Part shown: positions 1 to 7,777 of the stretch, one piece after another
Position numbering within the stretch: the stretch's first letter is position 1
How the letters are laid out: each line of letters opens with the position of its first letter
Notes under the pieces: generated by a model
What the model was told of the DNA's origin: nothing
The model's database searches: none
The model's input: only the letters and a program-made list of their open reading frames with translations
Made by a program: the position numbers and the translations under genes
DNA from: Candidatus Cloacimonadota bacterium
GTDB lineage: Bacteria; Cloacimonadota; Cloacimonadia; Cloacimonadales; WRIO01
Assembly: GCA_029564175.1 (NCBI GenBank)
Contig: JAKQQL010000264.1
Span: 1 to 11,196, forward strand
Length of the DNA stretch: 11,196 nt
Direction of reading: 5' to 3'

Positions 1-45
1 TGTTCTTTTATACAACTCCCACAATTTTTTCTCTTCGTTATCCAT
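1..45 (-). CDS. Partial CDS (5' end only), possibly a FliA/WhiG-family sigma factor
   Basis: ATG at 45..43 preceded by GAAAGGG; reads MDNEEKKLWELYKRT to the window edge. This resembles the 'LWxxYK' N-terminus of FliA/WhiG sigma factors. A TATAAT lies at 80..75 (-). Only 15 codons are visible. Confidence 0.35.
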   Translation of the reverse strand, partial: MDNEEKKLWELYKRT

Positions 46-313
46 CAGAAACCCTTTCATCGCTGATTTCCTGCATTATATCTCTGATTAATCTACAGGT
101 TTTCTTTTACCCTGATTCAGTAAAAGATAATCTTTTTGTTAAATTGGCAAAATTCTTGAATATTGTCAAGTTAAAAATTCTGAATATCAAAAAAAGAAGC
201 TGATTCTTTTAGTTTTCGTATCGTATTCAATATTTTTTACAAAAATTAAAACAATCTATCTGAATTGATCATTCATTTTACATCGGTTTTTTTGCTGTTT
301 TGATTTTTTAATC

Positions 314-1597
314 TTATCCTTTTTGGTATGGTATCAGCCTGTAATCTAAAAAGAGCGGGTCGATTATGAGGAAGTCATTTTTCAGATAATTTGAAATATC
401 TGTAATTGTATAGTTGTCTAGTGTGACATCTTCAAAGTTAAAGAAATTACCAGAAAATGCATAGATATAGTCTGATTTTGCAGGTATATGTTTTTGGACA
501 TCTGTCCAGGTGAGCAGACCGGAGACTGTAACGCTATGCCCAAAAAAGTCATTTTCCACTTTCTCAATCAGATTCTCTTTTTTAGATGCATGCTTATTCA
601 TGTCTTTAACGATCGGCTTTAAAACTTTATGTCCGGACTCTCCTGTTACAAAACAAACGGGTTCTTTAAACAGATTAATCATTTTATAAAAGCGTCTTTT
701 TCTATTCCGGTAATTATCCCAGGATTTTCTGACCATCCCGATACCATTTTCGATCTGTTCAAATTCATTATAATATGCTTTTGAGGGTATATTCATTTCT
801 GCCTGCAGGAAAAACTCATCAGAGCAGTATAGATAAGGAAAACCATTTTTTCTAAAATCTTTGGTTAAGTGAATCACATCTCTGCATTCTTCCTTACTAA
901 ATGAACGTAAAGGACTCAGTTTTTCTCTGAAACGGGTAAGACCAACCGGCACAATGCCAATTGAAGAAATATTCATATCAGGATTAGTCAAATCACTTAA
1001 GGTACGATGCAACTCAATCTTATCATTCCAGTCTGGTACCAGCACAATCTGAGTTTGCATTTCAATCTCCTGATCAGCCAGTTTTCTTAATGTATCAATC
1101 ACATTGAAAGAACGATTATAGCGCAGCATTTTCTGATGGAGATCCGGATTGGTTGTATGAACAGAAACATATAACGGGCTGACATGTTGCTCAATAATTT
1201 TATCTAAATAGTGATCAGTCAGGTTTGTTAGTGTAACAAAATTGCCATACATAAAAGAAAACAGATAATCATCATCTTTGACATAGAGTGATTTTCTCAT
1301 CCCGTCGGGCATTTGATCCACAAAACAGAAAACACACTGATTAATACATTCTTTACATTCAGGTGCTTTAAATGACAATCCAAAGCTATCCATAAAGGAA
1401 TATTGGTACGATACTGTTTGTCTTTCCCCTTCGGGATTTTGATATTCTATTTCTAAAAAACCATCTTCTATCAGATAATAATAATCCAGTATATCTTCCA
1501 AATGTCTGCTATTAATTGAATAAAGGACTGCACCATTTTTTATTCCAACTGTTTCTGCCGGTGAACCAGGCTCAACTGCTATCACATGTAAAGGCAT
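314..1597 (-). CDS. PDZ + DUF512 domain Fe-S (radical SAM-like) putative oxidoreductase
   Basis: N-terminal PDZ-like VEPGSPAETVGI; CINQCVFC (CxxxCxxC); family motifs DQMPDGMRKSLYVKDDDY, GNFVTLTNL, SPLYVSVHTTNP, VPVGLT, QIENGIGM; GGAG RBS. Confidence 0.9.
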   Translation of the reverse strand: MPLHVIAVEPGSPAETVGIKNGAVLYSINSRHLEDILDYYYLIEDGFLEIEYQNPEGERQTVSYQYSFMDSFGLSFKAPECKECINQCVFCFVDQMPDGMRKSLYVKDDDYLFSFMYGNFVTLTNLTDHYLDKIIEQHVSPLYVSVHTTNPDLHQKMLRYNRSFNVIDTLRKLADQEIEMQTQIVLVPDWNDKIELHRTLSDLTNPDMNISSIGIVPVGLTRFREKLSPLRSFSKEECRDVIHLTKDFRKNGFPYLYCSDEFFLQAEMNIPSKAYYNEFEQIENGIGMVRKSWDNYRNRKRRFYKMINLFKEPVCFVTGESGHKVLKPIVKDMNKHASKKENLIEKVENDFFGHSVTVSGLLTWTDVQKHIPAKSDYIYAFSGNFFNFEDVTLDNYTITDISNYLKNDFLIIDPLFLDYRLIPYQKG

Positions 1598-1626
1598 TTT
1601 ATCTCCATCGTATCTTCTTCTGTTGC

Positions 1627-1655
1627 ATCATACTAAAACAAGGTTCTTTCGTCAA
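1627..1655 (-). promoter_or_regulatory. sigma70-type promoter of the DUF512 gene
   Basis: TTGACG (1655..1650) - 17 nt - TATGAT (1632..1627), 30 nt upstream of the ATG. Confidence 0.7.
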
Positions 1656-1744
1656 CTGATTTATTATTTTATGGAATTCTCTTGACATAAACATAACGCA
1701 TTATCTCTTTGATTTAAAAATAATTATTAAAAATAGAGGTTGTC

Positions 1745-2938
1745 ATGAATTTATCTAAGAGAGCACAAGAAATACAAGCTTCTCCCATTCGTAAACTGAT
1801 GCCATATGCCATTGAGGCAAAGAAAAAAGGCATTCATGTCTATCATCTCAATATTGGTCAGCCTGATATTGAAACCCCTCAGGAAATGTTAAACGTTTAT
1901 CACCATTTTGATGACAAAGTATTAGCATACGGTCCTTCCCAGGGTGTCGATGCTTATCGTAAATCTCTGGTAAAATACTACCAGAAACATCATATTCACT
2001 TACATGAAGATGAAATCATTGTTACGACTGCTGGTTCAGAGGCTATTATTTTTGCCATGATGGTCACCTGTAATGCAGGAGATGAGATTATTGTTCCAGA
2101 ACCTTTCTATACCAATTATAATGGTTTTGCTACAATGGCTGGAGTTCATTTAGTTCCGCTGACCACTTATGCTGAAACCGGTTTTGCTTTACCAGAACGA
2201 GATAAAATAGAAGCGGTTATTACAGAAAAAACCAGAGCGATCATGATCTGTAATCCAGGAAATCCTACCGGAACCGTATATTCAAGAGAACAAATGGAAA
2301 TGCTTGGTGAGATTGTAAAACAACACAATCTTTACTTGATTTCTGATGAAGTATATCGTGAATTTGTTTACGAAGGAGACCCTGCAGTCAGTGCATTAAG
2401 TATCAAAGGAATTGAAAATCATGTCATCATGTGCGACAGTATTTCCAAAAGATATTCAGCTTGCGGTGCTCGTATCGGTTGTATTGTCAGCAGAAATAAA
2501 GAAATTATGGATTCCCTCCTGAAATTTGCTCAGGCAAGACTATGCCCTCCAACCATCGACCAGTTAGCTGCAGCAGTTTGTGTGGATTTACCGGTTGAAT
2601 ATACTGCCAATATCTTAGCAGAATATGACAAGAGAAGAAACATCGTTTTTGAAGAATTACAAAAGATTGATGGTATCGTTTGTGTAAAACCTGGTGGGGC
2701 TTTCTATATTATTGCCAAACTGCCTATTGAAAATGCAGAAGATTTTATCATCTGGTTACTGGAAGAATATCATGTTAACAACGAAACGGTTATGGCTGCT
2801 CCGGCAGAAGGATTTTATGCAACTCCTGGACTTGGCAGAAATGAATTAAGACTGGCATATATCCTCAATGAGAATGATCTAAGAAAAGCAATGCACATTT
2901 TCCGTACAGGACTTGAAGAATATAAAAAGAGTCATTAA
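1745..2938 (+). CDS. PLP-dependent aminotransferase class I/II (aspartate aminotransferase family)
   Basis: LNIGQPD, CNPGNPTG, SDEVY, DSISKRYSACGARIG (PLP lysine), GAFY motifs; GAGG RBS. Confidence 0.93.
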   Translation: MNLSKRAQEIQASPIRKLMPYAIEAKKKGIHVYHLNIGQPDIETPQEMLNVYHHFDDKVLAYGPSQGVDAYRKSLVKYYQKHHIHLHEDEIIVTTAGSEAIIFAMMVTCNAGDEIIVPEPFYTNYNGFATMAGVHLVPLTTYAETGFALPERDKIEAVITEKTRAIMICNPGNPTGTVYSREQMEMLGEIVKQHNLYLISDEVYREFVYEGDPAVSALSIKGIENHVIMCDSISKRYSACGARIGCIVSRNKEIMDSLLKFAQARLCPPTIDQLAAAVCVDLPVEYTANILAEYDKRRNIVFEELQKIDGIVCVKPGGAFYIIAKLPIENAEDFIIWLLEEYHVNNETVMAAPAEGFYATPGLGRNELRLAYILNENDLRKAMHIFRTGLEEYKKSH

Positions 2939-2980
2939 ATTATGACACGTGCTGAATGACAGTGTCAGTTTTTTATGACA
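2930..2980. promoter_or_regulatory. Putative enhancer-binding-protein site module, copy 1
   Basis: AGTCA-N8-TGACA-N9-TGACA-N1-TGTCA-N8-TGACA, with spacing identical to 10090..10140. Confidence 0.55.
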
Positions 2981-2998
2981 CGATCAATCTAAAATATT

Positions 2999-3035
2999 AA
3001 CCGGCTTCTTTTCGTTGAAAATAAGCCGGTTTTTT
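2999..3035 (+). terminator. Rho-independent terminator of the aminotransferase gene
   Basis: AACCGGCTT...AAGCCGGTT stem followed by a T-tract. Confidence 0.8.
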
Positions 3036-3100
3036 GTTTACATAAAAACAAATGGATAACATATTTTTTGAAGTATTTTTAACAATACTTTCCTCTTTCT

Positions 3101-3129
3101 TCCTTATACCATCCTTATACTATCCTTAT
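3101..3129. repeat. Short 11-bp tandem repeat (about 2.6 units)
   Basis: TCCTTATACCA TCCTTATACTA TCCTTAT. Confidence 0.6.
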
Positions 3130-3255
3130 TTAAACGTTTTTAAATATTAAGTAATATTTGTGCTATTTTCAGAACAAAATTTTCAAGTTTTTCAGAAAGA
3201 AACAGATTCAGAATAACTATAAAGCAGGCTTTAAAGAAGAGAGATATTCAAAGTT

Positions 3256-3470
3256 GTAGAACGAGCATCCTGGTCGTTTATCTGCGGGCAAAATCGTACT
3301 ACAATCATCCTGCTTGTAGCCTTTTTTGCAAGCCAGGAGCTTACACAACTTTTGCGAACGAACGGCGCTTCGTTTCGTACATCCGTTAATTACAAGCAAG
3401 ATGCTTATAGTACGAGTTGTTTCGGATTTACGGCATTACACTTCGCTCCATTTCGCAAATCCCTACAAAC
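3256..3470. repeat. Cluster of GTAG/GTAC-tagged REP-like palindromes
   Basis: GTAG-AACGAGCA-TCC-TGGTCGTT (3256-3278); GTAC-TACAATCA-TCC-TGCTTGTA (3296-3318); inverted copy at 3391-3413; degenerate hairpins at about 3327-3380; GTTTGTAGGGAT on the minus strand at 3459-3470. Confidence 0.7.
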
Positions 3471-3571
3471 AGTTTTTACATTAATCGAAAGAATGTTTCT
3501 CTTCACATGATCACTTCGATATTCCTCCTCGTACAAATATCAATCTGGTAATTCTACATTTTCTCACAATC

Positions 3572-3602
3572 AAAAAAAAAGCGTGGGACATGCCCACGCT
3601 TT
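3572..3602 (-). terminator. Rho-independent terminator of the PilX-like gene
   Basis: AAAGCGTGGG-N5-CCCACGCTTT hairpin with a 9-nt T-tract on the minus strand, 20 nt past the stop codon. Confidence 0.85.
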
Positions 3603-3622
3603 CAGTTTATCTCAAAGATAAT

Positions 3623-5278
3623 TTAGTTACTTTGAATTCTGCCGAAACGTTCATCCCAGTAGCTGATTCTCGCACCTTTATCAGTATAAGGGGTACAAGG
3701 AGGTGACATTTCTTTAAATCTGCGGTCATAAATCAGCACTTCTTTTAAGCCTTTACCGCCAGAATAGGTAACTCTCCATTTATACCAGCCCCATGCCCAG
3801 CCTTTAGGTTTATACCATTCTTTCTTTGAAGAAGTAACAGTAAAAGTTCCTGGCTGCAAAAGACCTTGAACACGACTGCCATAAACGATAAAATGACGCC
3901 CTTCGTCTGTTGACCATGGATAATTGTTATAATTTTGCCCTTCCGTAATTTCAATCATTCCTTTGGTAAAGATGTTCGCCATAACAATTGGATTAGTCGT
4001 GCCTTTATTAGTTGTATTTGCCTGCACTACAAATTTTGTAGCTGCCAGTAATCCTAAAATGGATTGATCATTATTGGGTAAGGCTTCGTATTCACCAGCA
4101 ATACATTTTGCCTTAAATGCTTCCAGATTATTTTTTACAGAAGTATAGATGATGCTACCATCAGCATACATTGTACCTTCAGTGGCAATGGTTAGTTTAC
4201 CATTCAGTGAACCTTTTACATAGACTGGTTTGGTATTAGCATTATAAATCAGATTATTGTATGAATTCATAGAAGACATATTATAATTATCTGTAAAAGT
4301 CTCCAGATATCCATTAGATTTTCTATGAGTTCTTTTAATTTCGATCACATCATCTTTCAAAGTGATGTACATGTATTGCCAGTTTTTTGTTCCATCACTC
4401 ATCGGATTTAATGCTGCTGAACGTAAAGCAGTACTGATATTGAACTGATTATTAGGCATAGAAATAACTGGATAATCGAAGGTAGGCGCTTCTGCTTTAA
4501 ATCCATTATAATAATTGATAAAATCAGCAGGTTGAGATAAATTCACACCACCGATATATTTCTGATAGCCATTTGTATCCACTTTTGCAGTGATATAAAC
4601 CAGATCAGTGAATACAGGACCGGCATCTGCAGGATATTCAAGTGTTTTACTTCTTTTCTTATACCATCCATAATGATTGCCTTTGTTATTGGGATTACCC
4701 TTATTCTTATTTTTTGCATCAACAGTAGGAGAACCTTCACTGGTGCCTACTCTGAGTTTTCCGTTAATGTAGGCTGGTCCGTCAATGACTTCACCATCAC
4801 CAAAGTAAACATTTGTAGGGAAATTATCAGTAAAGAATCCAAATTCAGAATAAGGCATTCTTTTATAAACTACTTTTGTTGTACATACAGCTGAATTCAC
4901 TCTGCCTATCGATACGACACCCCATTCTTTTCCTGCTTCCAGAGGCTTAGGTCCGGGGAAATTATTCATGTAAATCGAAACTTTTGCCTGTGCATTATCA
5001 ATGCCTAATACTTTACCAAGGCTATTTCCTGAATTCTTATATAAAGTTGGATGGAATACAAGTGCATTTATCTTGTTTGTGTCATTTTGAATGTATGCAT
5101 CTCGTATATCCTTAATCGTGTTGTGAGCATAAGTGTTCGATATGAATTTTGCAAGATTCATATCATTGTCCTGTGACAAAGTATCTACCAGTTTTAACTG
5201 CTCTTTATTGATGGTTACGATAATCGCTCCAACAACGATGGTAAGCAGTACTACCATAATTAATACCGTGCGTCCCAT
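3623..5278 (-). CDS. PilX-like / DUF4900-like minor pilin or pilus tip-associated protein (551 aa)
   Basis: Start moved to ATG 5278, which follows an AAGGAGG RBS. N-terminal hydrophobic helix MGRTVLIMVVLLTIVVGAIIV; 'F..GEVIDGPAYING'; 'VYVKGSLNGKLTIAT'; 'ILGLLA'; C-terminal 'YDRRF...PP..P...SYWDE'. These are typical of PilX-N/DUF4900-type proteins (family recognised from memory, not by search). Confidence 0.65.
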   Translation of the reverse strand: MGRTVLIMVVLLTIVVGAIIVTINKEQLKLVDTLSQDNDMNLAKFISNTYAHNTIKDIRDAYIQNDTNKINALVFHPTLYKNSGNSLGKVLGIDNAQAKVSIYMNNFPGPKPLEAGKEWGVVSIGRVNSAVCTTKVVYKRMPYSEFGFFTDNFPTNVYFGDGEVIDGPAYINGKLRVGTSEGSPTVDAKNKNKGNPNNKGNHYGWYKKRSKTLEYPADAGPVFTDLVYITAKVDTNGYQKYIGGVNLSQPADFINYYNGFKAEAPTFDYPVISMPNNQFNISTALRSAALNPMSDGTKNWQYMYITLKDDVIEIKRTHRKSNGYLETFTDNYNMSSMNSYNNLIYNANTKPVYVKGSLNGKLTIATEGTMYADGSIIYTSVKNNLEAFKAKCIAGEYEALPNNDQSILGLLAATKFVVQANTTNKGTTNPIVMANIFTKGMIEITEGQNYNNYPWSTDEGRHFIVYGSRVQGLLQPGTFTVTSSKKEWYKPKGWAWGWYKWRVTYSGGKGLKEVLIYDRRFKEMSPPCTPYTDKGARISYWDERFGRIQSN

Positions 5279-5320
5279 GGCATCCTCCTTAAAATATTTA
5301 AATGTTTTGAATATTTTCCT

Positions 5321-5337
5321 TGCCAAATCTGTGCCAA
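5321..5337 (-). promoter_or_regulatory. sigma54 (-24/-12) promoter of the PilX-like gene
   Basis: TTGGCACAGATTTGGCA (GG-N10-GC), 43 nt upstream of ATG 5278. Confidence 0.8.
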
Positions 5338-5377
5338 TTTGATATTTTTGTATTTAAGATCAGGATAAGGAGCTTGA

Positions 5378-7420
5378 ATGATGAAGAATAATTATCGGTT
5401 TCCACGCAGTTTAGGCAACAAATACTTCTTTATTTATAGTTTTATGACGCTCTTTCTCTTTTTTATCATTATCATTCTGCAGTTTTCAATCACCCGCTTT
5501 CTCATTTTAAAAAATGAATCTGACATTCTGATCACTAAAATCGCAGATAAGCAAAAATCCCTCATGGATTTTATTGATTACCAAAAATATGTTGCCTCCA
5601 ATACGGCTTCTCTTCTGCAAAATACCATACCTGACACAGGTAATTTTATGACAGAAAAGGATAGTACCGGAAATATTCAGTTTTATTACTATACAGAAGA
5701 ACAAATAAAGAGTAAAAAGATTGAATGGACGTGGCTGGCGCAGACAATTGAATTCATGAATTACCAGCAGTTAACAGGAATCAATCATATTATTGCCATC
5801 GACAAACCTTTAATTTACTCAGTAACTCTACAACGAATTCAAAAATATTACAGTGATCATTTGTTGGTGACAGTTTCTCTTTTAGGAAAAGAACAACTGG
5901 GTCATTATGAAAACCTCATCTTTATTGACCAGGGTAACACACAGTCAAGAGATTTACCTGCCTGGATCAGAGAATACTATCTCCAAAAAAAAGATGATCT
6001 GAGTACCAATATTCTGTTTAAGTATTTTAAGGTAAATTACGATAAATATTGTTTCTTTACCTTATTACAGGACAGCCGAAGTCAAACCAGCGTTATTGCC
6101 TGCAATGAGTATAATCGTGATATTAACCGGTTTTTTACACGTACCTGGATTCTGATGACTCTATTATTGTTTGCTTCTCTCAGCATACTGATTTTTACCT
6201 TTGGAAAATGGTTTTCTATCCAGATGTTAAAACCAATTAAAAATTTGTCTGAACAAATGCTCTATATTGCTCAAAATCCCATGGATATGAAAGAATATAA
6301 AGTAGATTCTCCCAATGAGTTACAAATCATTATTGCAATCTATAATCAAATGGTCTGTTCACTAAAAGAATACCAGTATTCTCTCCTGCAATATAAAACC
6401 TTGTTTGATCAGGCACATTTAGGCTTTTTTTGGCTAGATGAAAATCTGAATATCAAACTATTCAATCCGGAATTTATGAAAATATTTGAACTGACTGAAA
6501 GCCCCATCAATCGAATGATTACCGATGTTACTCCTCTGAGAAGTAGTTTATTTATTCATGATAAGGAATATACCTTTACTGATTTGGAAATGTGGATTGA
6601 AAGTTTAAAAAAATTCATATCCTTTTCTCTGCAAAGACAGGAAATTAACAATCAAGCTGTTTTTATTGGTATGATTAGCGATATTACCCAGCACAGACGA
6701 CTTAAGGAAAGTAAAAAAAGCCTGGAAATGGAACTTATTAGAATCAACCGCTTAGCGGAACTCGGAAAACGTATTCAGGGTATTGTCCACAATCTCAATT
6801 CACCTTTAAACTCAATTCTTGGATTTGCCCAGTTTTTAAAAGAAGATATACCTGATAACAGCGATATAGATAAGATTATCTCATCAGCAAGAGCGATGTC
6901 ACAATCCATCAAAATGCTCCTTGCAAAAATCAAAAAAGACAGTATGGCAAGCCCCGATCTGGTTGATTTGAATCAATTTATCTGTTTAGAACTAGAAAAT
7001 TACAAACACCACCTCTTTTTCAAAAATGAAGTGGTTTTAAAAACAGATTTAGAAGACAATCTGCCACAATTTCTATGTACTTACGGGGACCTGAGTCAGG
7101 TTTTCAATGTTATTTTCAATAATGCCATTGATGCCATGGAAAAATCCCTTTATAAAGAAATTCAGGTAAGCAGTTTTATTACAGATGATTTTGTCGGTTT
7201 TGAAATAGGAGATACGGGTTCTGGTATTGCACCTGATAATTTGGATAAGATCTTTGAACCTAACTTTACCACCAAAAGTATGTCGTTCTCAGGTGGATTT
7301 GGACTGGGACTTGCAATTGCTCAGTCCGTAATCAACCGTATGAATGGTAAAATAGAAGTGAAATCAGAAGTGGGAAAAGGAAGTCGCTTTCGTGTGTACA
7401 TCCCCTATAAAAAGTCGTAA
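5378..7420 (+). CDS. Membrane sensor histidine kinase (2 TM, HAMP, PAS-like, HisKA, HATPase_c); PilS-like by context
   Basis: Two hydrophobic segments; H-box GIVHNLNSPL; N-box NVIFNNAIDAM; G1 DTGSGI; F IFEPNFTTK; G2 GFGLGL; AAGGAG RBS. Confidence 0.92.
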   Translation: MMKNNYRFPRSLGNKYFFIYSFMTLFLFFIIIILQFSITRFLILKNESDILITKIADKQKSLMDFIDYQKYVASNTASLLQNTIPDTGNFMTEKDSTGNIQFYYYTEEQIKSKKIEWTWLAQTIEFMNYQQLTGINHIIAIDKPLIYSVTLQRIQKYYSDHLLVTVSLLGKEQLGHYENLIFIDQGNTQSRDLPAWIREYYLQKKDDLSTNILFKYFKVNYDKYCFFTLLQDSRSQTSVIACNEYNRDINRFFTRTWILMTLLLFASLSILIFTFGKWFSIQMLKPIKNLSEQMLYIAQNPMDMKEYKVDSPNELQIIIAIYNQMVCSLKEYQYSLLQYKTLFDQAHLGFFWLDENLNIKLFNPEFMKIFELTESPINRMITDVTPLRSSLFIHDKEYTFTDLEMWIESLKKFISFSLQRQEINNQAVFIGMISDITQHRRLKESKKSLEMELIRINRLAELGKRIQGIVHNLNSPLNSILGFAQFLKEDIPDNSDIDKIISSARAMSQSIKMLLAKIKKDSMASPDLVDLNQFICLELENYKHHLFFKNEVVLKTDLEDNLPQFLCTYGDLSQVFNVIFNNAIDAMEKSLYKEIQVSSFITDDFVGFEIGDTGSGIAPDNLDKIFEPNFTTKSMSFSGGFGLGLAIAQSVINRMNGKIEVKSEVGKGSRFRVYIPYKKS

Positions 7421-7428
7421 CTAAGATT

Positions 7429-7455
7429 ATTCCCCTCCTGTGGAGGGGTGGTAAG
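7429..7455 (+). repeat. Repeat family A, short copy (second hairpin deleted)
   Basis: ATTCCCCTCCTGTGGAGGGGTGGTAAG, 8 nt after the kinase stop codon. Confidence 0.85.
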
Positions 7456-7460
7456 TTCCC

Positions 7461-7511
7461 GTACTACAAGCATCTTGCTTGTAGAAATGTAGCGCAAGCA
7501 ACCTGCTTGCG
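7461..7511 (+). repeat. Two tandem GTAG/GTAC REP-like palindromes
   Basis: GTAC-TACAAGCA-TCT-TGCTTGTA (7461-7483) and GTAG-CGCAAGCA-ACC-TGCTTGCG (7489-7511); same family as 3296-3413. Confidence 0.75.
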
Positions 7512-7552
7512 AAATAGAAGTGAAATCAGAAGTTTGTAGGGATGAACGAAGT

Positions 7553-7717
7553 ATTCCCCTCCTGTGGAGGGGTGTCACGAAGTGACGGGGTGGTACGTTA
7601 AAAAAATACTTTGATAAAGCTGAGTTTTATAAAATTTTTGCAATAATATTAACATCAAGCATAAGCATCACTTACCACCCCACTCCAAAAGGGGCACTTC
7701 TCCAAAGGAGGGAAATT
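7553..7717. repeat. Family A inverted doublet 1 (MITE/REPIN-like)
   Basis: Forward arm 7553-7595, 75-bp AT-rich spacer, degenerate reverse arm 7671-7717. Confidence 0.8.
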
Positions 7718-7777
7718 AACTGCCCTGGTGAAAACCTGTTGCGTTTATAACAAATCCGCTAAAAAAAGGAGAGCCTT

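Noticed and set aside
144..160. TTGGCAAAATTCTTGAA sigma54-like sequence
   Set aside because: GA instead of GC at -12, and it points into the 3' end of an opposite-strand gene.
1682..1711. TTGACA upstream of the aminotransferase as a sigma70 promoter
   Set aside because: Perfect -35 but no convincing -10 at 16-18 nt spacing, so not called.
3217..3399. 60-aa minus-strand ORF
   Set aside because: Runs through the REP cluster, has no recognisable motif and no clear RBS.
5279..5326. 16-aa N-terminal extension (MARKIFKTFKYFKEDA) of the ORF-track call, superficially a basic prepilin leader
   Set aside because: Its TTG start lies inside the sigma54 -12 element, upstream of the expected TSS. ATG 5278 has a perfect AAGGAGG RBS.
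3745..5704. Small ORFs 3745-3954, 4543-4740, 4673-4894, 5133-5342 and 5507-5704
   Set aside because: Alternate-frame or antisense shadows of long, well-supported CDSs.
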